From NCBI RefSeq assembly GCF_000299365.1, contig NC_018655.1, forward strand, positions 930,001 to 962,000: a DNA stretch of 32,000 bases, read 5' to 3'. A model generated the notes under the pieces. It was not told the origin of the DNA. It made no database searches and worked only from the letters and a program-made list of their open reading frames with translations. Positions 8,537-22,132 of the stretch are shown piece after piece; the stretch's first letter is position 1; each line of letters starts with the position of its first letter. Origin of the DNA: Candidatus Nitrosopumilus koreensis AR1 (GTDB lineage: Archaea > Thermoproteota > Nitrososphaeria > Nitrososphaerales > Nitrosopumilaceae). The translations under genes and the position numbers were made by a program.

Positions 8537-9590
8537 ATCAAATATAGATCCAAAAATCATTGAAGAGATTTTAAAATTTAGTAAAAATGTAATTGATGCA
8601 CCAAAACTAGTGGCAGCCCCTGACGAGATTAGTTTGGAAGTAACCCCACATGACATTGTGCAACAAATGGATAAAACTCGTTTATTGCATTACAGACCAA
8701 TTACCGATAAACAACATAAAACTCCTTTATTGATTTCATATGCATTAATTAACAGATTCCATATTTTGGACATACAGCCAGAAAAGAGTTGGGTTAGAAA
8801 TCTACTTCAACAAGGATTTGATGTGTATATGCTAGACTGGGGAACACCAACAAGCATGGACAAGTATTTGGATTTTGATGATTATGTTAATGGGTATTTA
8901 GATGCATATGTAGAATATATTAAAAATGAAACATCTACTGAAAAAATTTCATTACAAGGATATTGTACAGGAGCAACAATTGCCACAGCATATGCATCAC
9001 TACATCCAGAAAGTGTCAAAAATTACATTGCAACTGCTCCTGTAATTGATGGTTGGAGAGACACCACAGTAATCAGCAATCTAGCAAAGCATATGGATGT
9101 GGATAAAATGGTAGAAGTTATCGGGAACATGCCCCCAGAATTCATGTATTATTGTTTTTCAGTGCTCAAACCGTTTGAACAAGGTATTGAAAAATATGTC
9201 AATTTCTTCAAAAACATTGAAAATAAGAAATTTGTAGATAGTTTCCTCAGAGTAGAAAAATGGTTAGGAGACACACCACCAATCCCAGGAGAATTATTCA
9301 GACAGTGGATAAAAGATATCTATCAAGATAATTTGCTCATTCAAAATAAGATGCACATAGAGGGTCAGTTAGTAGATTTGAAGAAAATAGACATGCCAAT
9401 ATTCACACAAGTTGCAGTAGGAGATCATCTAGTTTCACCTGAATGTAGTATGCCACTTCATTATGCAGTTGGAAGTGAAGATAAAACATTGAGAATGTAT
9501 CCAACAGGTCATGTTGGAATGATTGCAAGTTCATTATCTCAGAAAAAGGTATTACCTGAGCTTGGACAATGGCTATCTGAAAGATCATAA
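8526..9590 (+). CDS. phaC: poly(3-hydroxyalkanoate) synthase catalytic subunit PhaC, class III
   Basis: Lipase-like box GYCTGA with the catalytic Cys; alpha/beta-hydrolase core; C-terminal His in YPTGHVGM; ~354 aa as in class III enzymes. Confidence 0.9.
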   Translation: MQSESNIDPKIIEEILKFSKNVIDAPKLVAAPDEISLEVTPHDIVQQMDKTRLLHYRPITDKQHKTPLLISYALINRFHILDIQPEKSWVRNLLQQGFDVYMLDWGTPTSMDKYLDFDDYVNGYLDAYVEYIKNETSTEKISLQGYCTGATIATAYASLHPESVKNYIATAPVIDGWRDTTVISNLAKHMDVDKMVEVIGNMPPEFMYYCFSVLKPFEQGIEKYVNFFKNIENKKFVDSFLRVEKWLGDTPPIPGELFRQWIKDIYQDNLLIQNKMHIEGQLVDLKKIDMPIFTQVAVGDHLVSPECSMPLHYAVGSEDKTLRMYPTGHVGMIASSLSQKKVLPELGQWLSERS

Positions 9591-9625
9591 AATAAAAAAG
9601 AAAAAATTAAAAAACAGATTCGCCA

Positions 9626-10054
9626 CTAGTTGTGTTTTGTGGTGAATGCTGAAATCCAAGATTGAAGAATGTTTCTATTTAATTCAGCAAATGATTTTGC
9701 ATTGTCATTAAAGGTCTTGATGTTTTGTTGTGTAGCATCAATTGTTGCAAGTGTAACTTGGTTTTGAATTGATGTTGCCTTTACGACTTCTTCAGTAGTA
9801 TCTTGCATTACTTTGATTGTAGCTTCAGGAATGTTTGCTGCAATACCTGCTTTCTTTGCATATTCTTTTTGTAATGATAGTGTTGAATCTGCAATATTCT
9901 CATAGGCTTGTAGGAATTCCTGTTGTACGTTTGTAATTGCTTGATGATATTGTGGTACTGATGTTCTAATACCGTTGAAGAATTTATCTACGTTTTGCTG
10001 ATATACAGAAAATAGATCTTTTGGATTTGATTGTGTCTGTTCGTTCTTACTCAA
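9626..10054 (-). CDS. phasin-like (PhaP-like) Gln/Asn-rich helical protein
   Basis: No enzyme motifs; low-complexity amphipathic helical sequence. TTG start overlaps the stop of the upstream AbrB-domain gene (TTGA). Function inferred from context next to phaEC. Confidence 0.45.
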   Translation of the reverse strand: MSKNEQTQSNPKDLFSVYQQNVDKFFNGIRTSVPQYHQAITNVQQEFLQAYENIADSTLSLQKEYAKKAGIAANIPEATIKVMQDTTEEVVKATSIQNQVTLATIDATQQNIKTFNDNAKSFAELNRNILQSWISAFTTKHN

Positions 10055-10476
10055 TTTTTCACCTCCCTAGCTTTTGATTTTTTTGCTATTGGAAGAACAA
10101 TGACTTGAACCAAGTCACCTTCGCCTAATCCTAGGGCATTACGTTCTGCCTCTGGGATCGAAATTCTACCATTACTACTAATGGTGGTTTTGTATGCACC
10201 CCAATTCATAAAAGATGGAAGCATTTGTCCAATGCTAAACATTGTGTCCATGCTTTTGTTTTGCATAGATGACATATTGTCCATCAAATTTGATTGGGCC
10301 TGCCTAGTATTTTCAGAAACTTCTTTGAGTGTATCTAAGGGATTGAATGTTTTGTTAGTTTGGTTAGTCATTAAAGCACCAAAATTTTTTATGAACTCTG
10401 CTTGTGCACGTCCACTTTTTTGGATCCAGTCTTTGAACATTTCTGTAGGATCATATTGGTTTGTATTACCATTCAT
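10051..10476 (-). CDS. AbrB/SpoVT-domain DNA-binding protein, PhaR-like candidate regulator
   Basis: C-terminal swapped-hairpin motif GRISIPEAERNALGLGEGDLVQVIVLP; N-terminal helical region; translationally coupled to the phasin-like gene. Confidence 0.55.
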   Translation of the reverse strand: MNGNTNQYDPTEMFKDWIQKSGRAQAEFIKNFGALMTNQTNKTFNPLDTLKEVSENTRQAQSNLMDNMSSMQNKSMDTMFSIGQMLPSFMNWGAYKTTISSNGRISIPEAERNALGLGEGDLVQVIVLPIAKKSKAREVKN

Positions 10477-10512
10477 TGGTAATTATAGGAATTAAGTGGT
10501 ATTTAAGTGCAC

Positions 10513-11358
10513 CTAATTAACTCCTAAAAAATCCAGGACCTTTTCAGAAAAAACAAGTGGATCTTGAACATATGGAGTATGGCCACACCCATCCATTCTG
10601 ACAAAACGACAGTCCTTAAGAGATGAAATAAAATCATCAGCATATTGAATTGGGATCACAGGATCATCACTGCCCCAAATCAACATGGTTTGAGTCATGA
10701 TAGAAGATAGTTTTTTTGTTATAACTTCGGAATTTTTTAAACCAAGAATAGTAGACATGAATGCAAGTTTTGCATTGGGCAATTGCATTCTTTTGATAAA
10801 ACCATCAACAATTTTTTGATCTACACTTTCACCAGATCCTTCCATCATTTCAAATGCATTTTTTGCATTTTGTTCATTAGGATACAATGCAGCCATGATA
10901 TAGGCATCAAGTGCAGGAGTTGATTGTTTCATCACCCCAGAAGGAGATACCAAGATGAGTTTATCAACATCATTTGGGTGAGATGCAGTGAATTCAGCAG
11001 AAATTTGGCCACCTAAAGAAGAACCTATCAAATAAGGACATTTGATGTTTGCAGACAAAAAGAATTGTTCAAGAAAATTCGAAAAAAAGTCTATAGTATA
11101 ATCAGCAAGGGGTTTATCGCTATATCCAAAGCCAATTAGATCAGGAATTACTACACGAAATTTTTCTGCAAAAATAGGCATTACCCGTTCCCATCTTTCA
11201 GCAGAGGCCCCCAAACCATGAATAAGAACTAAAGTTTTTTTAGAATTTCCAGATTCCAAATAACGAATCTTATTGCCATCAATTTGAAGAAATTTTTCAT
11301 TCACGATTTTAGCTTCAATTATCATCAGTAGATAAGTTTTAGTTAATTTTGCGATCAT
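10513..11358 (-). CDS. alpha/beta-fold hydrolase (MhpC/BioH-like); possible PHA-related esterase
   Basis: Oxyanion HGLGAS, nucleophile elbow GSSLGG, C-terminal GCGHTPY His. Likely true start is MIIEAKIV (11325). Confidence 0.8.
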   Translation of the reverse strand: MIAKLTKTYLLMIIEAKIVNEKFLQIDGNKIRYLESGNSKKTLVLIHGLGASAERWERVMPIFAEKFRVVIPDLIGFGYSDKPLADYTIDFFSNFLEQFFLSANIKCPYLIGSSLGGQISAEFTASHPNDVDKLILVSPSGVMKQSTPALDAYIMAALYPNEQNAKNAFEMMEGSGESVDQKIVDGFIKRMQLPNAKLAFMSTILGLKNSEVITKKLSSIMTQTMLIWGSDDPVIPIQYADDFISSLKDCRFVRMDGCGHTPYVQDPLVFSEKVLDFLGVN

Positions 11359-11434
11359 CGAGATTCATAGTTTAGAAAAATGTGTAATGCAATACAGCAA
11401 GTATGTTTTTTAGGATCAAAAGTATCAAGAATGT

Positions 11435-11866
11435 GTGATAAAGAAGAAAATCTCAAAAATCCTTGTGCCGCTTGATGGATCAAAGAATTCCCAAAGAGGT
11501 TTAGAAATGGCTATCACGTTAGCTAGGGAGTGTGAAGCTATAATCACAGGAGTATTCTCAATAAATGTACCATCGCATTCAGAATTCAGAGGTGTAGGAT
11601 CTGTGGAAAAATCGTTCAATGAAGAAGTAAAAAAAATCATGGAAGAGGCAAAGACATTATCGGCCAAAAATGGCATTGTGTTCAAAGAGAGATTAATGAA
11701 AGGAGATCCTGGATACAATATCATAAAACTCGCACAAGGTAATGAAAAATTTGACATGATAGTAATAGGATCAAGAGGAAGGAGTTCTACAAAAGAACTA
11801 TTCTTTGGAAGCGTATCAAATTACGTCATACATGCAGCAAAGATTCCAGTTGTTGTCGTAAAATAA
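11435..11866 (+). CDS. universal stress protein (UspA family)
   Basis: ILVPLDGS...; ATP-binding tail GSRGRSSTKELFFGSVSNYVIHAAKIPVVVV. Confidence 0.85.
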   Translation: MIKKKISKILVPLDGSKNSQRGLEMAITLARECEAIITGVFSINVPSHSEFRGVGSVEKSFNEEVKKIMEEAKTLSAKNGIVFKERLMKGDPGYNIIKLAQGNEKFDMIVIGSRGRSSTKELFFGSVSNYVIHAAKIPVVVVK

Positions 11867-11867
11867 T

Positions 11868-12320
11868 TTAAAATCCGTTCTTTTTGAAATACTTTTGATG
11901 GTATTCTTCTGCTTTGTAAAATGTAGGGGCAGGAGTAATTTCAGTAACTATTGGCAAGTCATATTTTCCAGAAGAATCTAGTTGTTGTTTTGATTTTTCT
12001 GCAATTATTTTTTGTTCTTCATCATGATAAAAAATTGCAGAGCGGTATTGTATTCCAACATCAGGACCTTGACGATTCAAAGTTGTAGGATTGTGATTTT
12101 TCCAAAAAACATCTAATAATTCTTCATATGAAATTTCATTAGGATCATATTCAACTTCAACTGCTTCAGCATGACCTGTTCTGTCAGTACATACTTCTTC
12201 ATAAGTAGGATTTGGCAAGTTACCTCCAATATAGCCAACTTGTGTAGATTTTACACCCTTTGTTTTGCTAAGCAAATCTTCAACATGCCAAAAACATCCT
12301 GCACCAAATGTTGCTTTCAA
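11868..12320 (-). CDS. msrA: peptide-methionine (S)-S-oxide reductase
   Basis: Active-site [20 protein letters not shown]; TTG start. Confidence 0.9.
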   Translation of the reverse strand: MKATFGAGCFWHVEDLLSKTKGVKSTQVGYIGGNLPNPTYEEVCTDRTGHAEAVEVEYDPNEISYEELLDVFWKNHNPTTLNRQGPDVGIQYRSAIFYHDEEQKIIAEKSKQQLDSSGKYDLPIVTEITPAPTFYKAEEYHQKYFKKNGF

Positions 12321-12380
12321 TTCAAATAGAATTATCAGTCATCAAATTAAAACCATTTGTTAGAAAATATCTAGAACAAA

Positions 12381-12779
12381 TTAATTTACATCAGTGAAAA
12401 TCTCAACCACTTTTTTTGCCAAGTTCTCAATATTAGCAGTAGGTTCAGCAGAAATTAACAATAAGATTTGTGTAATAGGAAAAGGGAAACTAACTAAAAC
12501 TGCCTTATCTCGTCTTGCTGCAAGATAATTGATAGGCCCCAAACTTTCATCATATTCTTTTCTGATGGATGCCTTTGATACAAATTCTAAGAATGACTGC
12601 AATCGTGTTTCATCACCTTCATGAGGGATTAATCCTTCTTTGAAACCTCCAGATATCAATTGGCCGTCTTTATCAACAATTCCTGCAAAGCGGATCTCAG
12701 ATTCTTCAAGTAGTTTGCTGCATTTTTCACCATATAGTTTCAAAGCACCTTCAGAATTAGACATGATAAAATCATTCAA
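12381..12779 (-). CDS. small Roadblock/LC7-like protein, paralog of 7511..7903
   Basis: Same conserved positions as 7511..7903 (IRFAGIVDKDGQLISGGFKEGL ... RRDKAVLVSFPFP...LLLISAE). Confidence 0.6.
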   Translation of the reverse strand: MNDFIMSNSEGALKLYGEKCSKLLEESEIRFAGIVDKDGQLISGGFKEGLIPHEGDETRLQSFLEFVSKASIRKEYDESLGPINYLAARRDKAVLVSFPFPITQILLLISAEPTANIENLAKKVVEIFTDVN

Positions 12780-12830
12780 GATATCAAAAATAAAAACCTA
12801 GTCAATTTTACGTTTGGAAGATATTCCAAA

Positions 12831-13987
12831 TTGGTCACAATGTTTAACGAATTTGTACATGGAATTAATAAGCAAAAACCAAAATTAACAGTATTGAAAA
12901 TCACAGTAATCCTAGTTATATCTATTTTAATGATAGGGAGTTTTAATGTTCAAAGTATTTTTGCACATCAGCCAGATTTTTCGGTAAAAACGCCTGAAGA
13001 TATTTTGAAGTTTTGTGAATTTTTTCACCAAGAATACAAAACGTTAGGATTGGATTCGCTTATTGATCAACATTCCCAATATCCAAACATCAGAGTATGT
13101 GCAATTTTGTATAATCATATTGCATGGGATAGTACGCATAAAGCAAGAGATATTGTGTTAATTGCAGAAATTGGAAAATACCTAGGAGATTCTAGTTTTC
13201 TTAAAGAAAGGCATATCAAAGAATTTACTACAATGCCACCTTGGATAATAGCAGACATAGTACGATGGACAGATGGAAAATACAAAGATAGTCTATATGC
13301 ATATGGAGTCAGAGCATTAATTGAGAATAATGTAATATCTCCAAAGATTACAGACAATGTTAGTCAAAGATTATGCATTGATGGTTCATGTATAAAAGAA
13401 ACAGATTATGTGACTTACTCACACACTAGCAAATACGGAAATACGATCACAGAAAAATTTGAAGTTAAAAAAATTGATCAAAATGGAATTACAGTTAATT
13501 CAAAAATAGTTTCAGAAGATGGAATAAAAAATTACGAATTTTTACTTGATGAGAATTCAAAGATACCAAATGAGCAAAAATGTTGTAAAACAGAAAAATT
13601 TCTTTATAAAATACCCATAGAAACAGGACAAGTTATCGATGAAAAATACACAGTTTATGGAACTGTAAACCTCACAATAGGTAATATTTTGAGAGAAGGT
13701 GCAGTTGCAGAAAATAAAGATAAAACTGAGATGGTGGTAATTGACAAAAAACAGGCCTATTATTATCAGAAAAATTTGAAAAAACAGAAATTACAACAAA
13801 CTGGGAAAAGACATCAATACTACAGACAAATGTATTTGAAAAGTCAAACGGGATACAATATCATGATTTGAAAATTCCTTTATGGTGGAAAACAAGTGCC
13901 ATGTGGTTTACAGATGGATTAACTTCAGAAGATGAATACATTAAAGCTCTAGAGTACATGATAGAAAAAAGAATCATCATCGTGTAG
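12831..13987 (+). pseudogene. membrane-anchored/secreted protein with C-terminal Trp-rich module, frameshifted at an A6 run (13746-13751)
   Basis: The ORF-track product ends in an atypical tail (QAYYYQKNLKKQKLQQTGKRHQYYRQMYLKSQTGYNIMI). The adjacent frame reads ...GLLLSEKFEKTEITTNWEKTSILQTNVFEKSNGIQYHDLKIPLWWKTSAMWFTDGLTSEDEYIKALEYMIEKRIIIV* to TAG at 13985-13987. Confidence 0.6.
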
Positions 13988-14831
13988 TTTTTGGAGTACA
14001 TTTTAGAATAACATAATCAATTATTCTTTTCTCAGATGCGCTTTTCATTTTAACAATTGATTTGTATAAAATATTTTCAACATAATTTGGATATTCTTTT
14101 AAGATAGATTTTTTCAAGTGTTCTCTATTTTTAAGATAATAATCTGCAAGAGGTTCATATACAAATTTACCAATTAGTTGTTCGTTTTTAATTACAAATT
14201 CACAGGAATCCAATATCTCTCGTACAGCGTCTAATGAATAATGTTCTGAAGACCAAGTAAATTTCAACATGCCTAAATCTTTGAGAGAAGAATTTCCCAA
14301 AGTTACAGGAATTGCCATCACGAGTAATCCAGAATCCAACAGGATTCTTTTTGACTCAACAATAAAATCAGAAAGAGGTTTGAAGTGTTGTGCAGACTCT
14401 AATGCCAAAACACGATCTACAGAATTGTTTACAAATGGAAGTTTTGTAGATGTAGAGTTTAAAAATTCAATTTTTTGTTTCTTTCCAGAGTACAGTTGAG
14501 AATAGTTAATGTTTACATCATACAAAAAAATATTTGGAAATTTTTGTTGCCAGAGATGAGAAGGAGCAGACAACCCACTTCCTACATCAACAACATGTTT
14601 TGCAGATGAAAGTTCAGCAAGATCTGCAAAAACCATACAGAGATTTTCCTGAGCAGAGAGTGGATCACAGTTATTTGATGACCAATATCCAAAATTTAGC
14701 ATAGAGCCGCCAGTTGCAAGTTGCATTACAGGTGATAATACATTGTAAAGATTTACAGTATCCTTTTCATTTCTACGAAAAGTCCACAAAAATACATCCA
14801 AAGGATTTATCGATACCAAAAATAAATTCAA
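13977..14831 (-). CDS. class I SAM-dependent methyltransferase
   Basis: Motif I VVDVGSGLSAP; post-I acidic residue; motif DRVLALESAQHF; TTG start. Confidence 0.75.
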   Translation of the reverse strand: MNLFLVSINPLDVFLWTFRRNEKDTVNLYNVLSPVMQLATGGSMLNFGYWSSNNCDPLSAQENLCMVFADLAELSSAKHVVDVGSGLSAPSHLWQQKFPNIFLYDVNINYSQLYSGKKQKIEFLNSTSTKLPFVNNSVDRVLALESAQHFKPLSDFIVESKRILLDSGLLVMAIPVTLGNSSLKDLGMLKFTWSSEHYSLDAVREILDSCEFVIKNEQLIGKFVYEPLADYYLKNREHLKKSILKEYPNYVENILYKSIVKMKSASEKRIIDYVILKCTPKTTR

Positions 14832-14859
14832 AATTAATTGAATTGAGTCATATTAATTT

Positions 14860-14991
14860 CTAGGGTAATCCATCAGAATCTTCAGCACAGTGTTTATGCA
14901 CCCATTTGTCATCTTGATTTTTTGAGATCTCTTTTCCTGGTTGGATTTTGTCACCACAAGAGACGCAAGATGTTGCAAATTTTGCTTTCAT
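14860..14991 (-). CDS. 43-aa zinc-finger protein (PARP-type-like C-x2-C...W-x-H-x2-C), below the ORF-track cutoff
   Basis: The minus strand reads MKAKFATSCVSCGDKIQPGKEISKNQDDKWVHKHCAEDSDGLP*, with ATG at 14989-14991 and TAG at 14860-14862. Confidence 0.45.
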   Translation of the reverse strand: MKAKFATSCVSCGDKIQPGKEISKNQDDKWVHKHCAEDSDGLP

Positions 14992-15100
14992 GTTTTTAGA
15001 TATATTATAACAGATAAATCAAATGCGTTGTAAATTGTGTTAACTAGTGATTAACATGTTTTATAAATTTGGATTATTAGTTAGATACTAGGTATCAGAA

Positions 15101-15565
15101 ATGTCATCAGAGATTATTCTTGCAAAATGGTCAGACAGATTCTTTGCATGGTTGATTGATTTTATCATAATATCATCCATTTCAACTGCGACAATCTTTG
15201 CAGTTTTTGGAAATATAGATTATGAATTTGAAGAAGAGATGTTTTGGGCAGAAAACACACAATACATTCCAACAAGCATCATATTTTTTGTTTATTGGAC
15301 AGTTTTAGAATACAAAACAGGCCAAACAATTGGCAAGAAAATCCTCAATCTAAAAAGCACAGACATAGATGGTAAAACTCCAAGTTTGAAAGGTGTTTTG
15401 ATCAGTAGTTTTGGAAAATCATTTTTGCTTCCATTTGATGTTGTTTTGGGATGGATTTTGACTAATCAGAAAAGACAAAGAATATTCAATAAACTAGGGG
15501 ACACTTTGGTTGTAAAAATCAAAGAGTCTCAAGATGCGTCAGACATCACATATCAAAAGGATTAG
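15101..15565 (+). CDS. RDD-family integral membrane protein
   Basis: RFFAWLIDFIII opening, hydrophobic helices and later conserved Asp residues typical of the RDD domain. Confidence 0.8.
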   Translation: MSSEIILAKWSDRFFAWLIDFIIISSISTATIFAVFGNIDYEFEEEMFWAENTQYIPTSIIFFVYWTVLEYKTGQTIGKKILNLKSTDIDGKTPSLKGVLISSFGKSFLLPFDVVLGWILTNQKRQRIFNKLGDTLVVKIKESQDASDITYQKD

Positions 15566-15870
15566 TGTTGTCAGATTTTCTTGAATTGTTACCATGAAGA
15601 GTTAACCGACAGATCTATTAACAACCTTCGATCTGTTCTCTTGATGTCAGATAACCAAAAAGAATGGTGGATTGGATTACCAAGAGAACTTCAAACAGAT
15701 ATTGAGTTTGAAGAATAAATTCTCATCATATCTTAAAAAACCTAGTTTACACTAAGTAATTTCAAATCACAAAAAATTGTATAGCTTTCGCTAGGTGTGA
15801 TTAAAAATGAAATCATCGTACAAGTCGTGTATATTTCAATGAGGATTTGATTGCAAGATCAATATCTGAA

Positions 15871-15893
15871 ATGTGAAGATTATGTGCATCCGT
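15871..15893 (+). other. 5' arm of the 16S rRNA processing stem
   Basis: atgtgaagattatgtgcatccgt pairs with 17438-17459 (acggatgcactaatcttcacat): 22 bp with one bulged nt. A further helix joins 15844-15851 and 17459-17466. Confidence 0.65.
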
Positions 15894-15950
15894 CAATTCC
15901 AATTAAAGTACAAATGTACTTCAATAATCAAAATACAAAAAATAAATCAG

Positions 15951-17421
<1,471 letters not shown>

Positions 17422-17437
17422 TAGATAAGGAAAGTGT

Positions 17438-17459
17438 ACGGATGCACTAATCTTCACAT
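17438..17459 (+). other. 3' arm of the 16S rRNA processing stem
   Basis: Complement of 15871-15893. Confidence 0.65.
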
Positions 17460-17533
17460 CAAATCATCGATGCAATGCATCACGAAAGTGGTGTATGAAG
17501 GATGTAGCGGGTCCCTGCCAGGGGACTTGCAAT

Positions 17534-17568
17534 GATCGTCGTGCATAGTCGTGTAATATGTGGCTGAA
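17534..17568 (+). other. 5' arm of the 23S rRNA processing stem
   Basis: gatcgtcgtgcatagtcgtgtaatatgtggctgaa is largely complementary to 20555-20589 (ttcagccacttacatagagactatgcgcgatgatc). Confidence 0.65.
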
Positions 17569-20554
<2,986 letters not shown>

Positions 20555-20589
20555 TTCAGCCACTTACATAGAGACTATGCGCGATGATC
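20555..20589 (+). other. 3' arm of the 23S rRNA processing stem
   Basis: Complement of 17534-17568. Confidence 0.65.
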
Positions 20590-20830
20590 ATTTTTGTATG
20601 CGTAACTGGAGGCCCATGAATCACAAAATGGCATAATACCATACTTCATCACAAGCGCCGCCTATTGCGTTACGTATGCAAAAGGTGAACAGCCCAGAAT
20701 CCATATAAACCATGCGTAAAATTATGCCTGATCGTACCTATTTCTTGTAAAAATTACAATTTGTTTTAGGCATGGTAGTGCGTAAAAAAAGGAATTTCAA
20801 CAGTTAAAATGTCAGATTGATTTTTGCAAT

Positions 20831-22132
20831 TTGGTTTTGGATTACATCAAAGAGTACAAAAAAAATACTCCAACTTCAGCTAAGCTGTTTGCAAAATCTG
20901 CAAAGTTACACATCAATGGTGTTTCTCACAACATAAGATTTTATGAACCATATCCATTTGTTGTGAAAGAATCTTCTGGAAAAAATTTGATAGATGTTGA
21001 TTCTAACAAGTATACTGATTACTGGATGGGGCACTGGAGTCTGATTCTAGGACATGGCCCAAAGAATGTGAAAAGGAATCTGCAAAAGCAGATTGAGAAA
21101 TCTTGGATGTATGGGACAGTAAATGAGCAGACCATCTTACTATCTGAATTAATTGCAAAAGCAGTCCCAGTAGCTGAGAAGATTCGCTATGTCACATCAG
21201 GGACTGAAGCTACAATGTATGCAGTAAGACTTGCCCGTTCTGTAACTGGGAAAAAAGTAATTGCAAAGATTGACGGAGGATGGCACGGATACACATCAGA
21301 CTTGCTAAAGTCAGTAAACTGGCCATTTTCAGAATCTGAAAGTTCAGGGGTAATTAATGAAGAGCAGATTGTTTCAATTCCATACAATGATTTGGAAAAA
21401 TCACTTTCTATTTTGAAAAAATATTCCAAAGATTTAGCTGGAGTGATTATTGAGCCAGTGTTGGGTGGCGGAGGATGCATTCCAGCAGAATATGATTACC
21501 TCAAAGGAATTCAAGAATTTTGCAAGAAGAATAATTCGTTGTTTATACTAGATGAGATTGTAACTGGATTTAGGTTTCGCTATGGTTGCTTGTATCCTAC
21601 AATGAAATTGGATCCTGACATTGTTACTTTGGGAAAGATTGTCGGAGGAGGAATGGCAATTGGTGTAATGTGTGGCAAAAAAGAAATCATGGAGTATGCA
21701 GATACTACTGGAAAAAAGAAATCAGAGAGAAGCTATGTTGGGGGCGGAACGTTTTCAGCAAATCCTGCATCAATGGTTGCAGGACATTCCACATTAACTG
21801 TGCTCAAAGGCAAAAAATCAGTCTATTCTAAAATTGACTCCTTGGGAGAGTATGCTAGAAAAGAACTAACCAAGGCATTTGATGGCAATGTAATAGTTAC
21901 TGGCAAAGGTTCATTGTTTATGACTCATTTTGTAAGAGACAGAATTACTCAGATTAGAAATTCTGCAGATGCGGCCAAATGCGATGGTGCTGCACTAGCA
22001 CAATATCATTTCAAAATGATTGCCCATGATGGAATATTTTTCCTGCCAGGAAAGCTTGGTGCAATATCAGAGGCACATTCTAAAGAAGATATTAAAAAGA
22101 TGATCAAAGCATCTGAAGATTTTATTTGTTAG
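20831..22132 (+). CDS. hemL: glutamate-1-semialdehyde 2,1-aminomutase family (class III PLP aminotransferase fold)
   Basis: [31 protein letters not shown] and the PLP-Lys motif TLGKIVGGG align with GSAM signatures. TTG start, no in-frame ATG upstream. A paralogous (non-heme) role cannot be excluded. Confidence 0.7.
   Translation: MVLDYIKEYKKNTPTSAKLFAKSAKLHINGVSHNIRFYEPYPFVVKESSGKNLIDVDSNKYTDYWMGHWSLILGHGPKNVKRNLQKQIEKSWMYGTVNEQTILLSELIAKAVPVAEKIRYVTSGTEATMYAVRLARSVTGKKVIAKIDGGWHGYTSDLLKSVNWPFSESESSGVINEEQIVSIPYNDLEKSLSILKKYSKDLAGVIIEPVLGGGGCIPAEYDYLKGIQEFCKKNNSLFILDEIVTGFRFRYGCLYPTMKLDPDIVTLGKIVGGGMAIGVMCGKKEIMEYADTTGKKKSERSYVGGGTFSANPASMVAGHSTLTVLKGKKSVYSKIDSLGEYARKELTKAFDGNVIVTGKGSLFMTHFVRDRITQIRNSADAAKCDGAALAQYHFKMIAHDGIFFLPGKLGAISEAHSKEDIKKMIKASEDFIC

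Noticed and set aside
7957-8540. PhaE and PhaC both begin MQSES, which might hint at a duplicated start region.
   Set aside because: The codons differ (atgcaatcagagtcc vs atgcaaagtgaatca) and the similarity stops after five residues, so this is treated as coincidence.
9626-10476. The AbrB-domain gene plus a small downstream gene, considered as a MazE/AbrB-type toxin-antitoxin pair.
   Set aside because: The downstream protein is Gln/Asn-rich and helical, with no PIN, MazF or other toxin-like features. The AbrB domain is C-terminal on a longer protein, and the PHA context fits the PhaR/PhaP precedent better. This has not been excluded experimentally.
15581-15718. Small ORF (24 aa from the ATG at 15644, or 45 aa from the TTG at 15581: ...MSDNQKEWWIGLPRELQTDIEFEE) between the RDD gene and the rRNA operon.
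   Set aside because: It has no motif, an ambiguous start, and lies where the rRNA promoter or leader is expected. Evidence is insufficient to call it.
20590-20830. Looked for a 5S rRNA or tRNA downstream of the 23S.
   Set aside because: There is no 5S-like helix pattern and no tRNA cloverleaf or T-loop (GTTCRANYC) context. Unlinked 5S is normal for this lineage.
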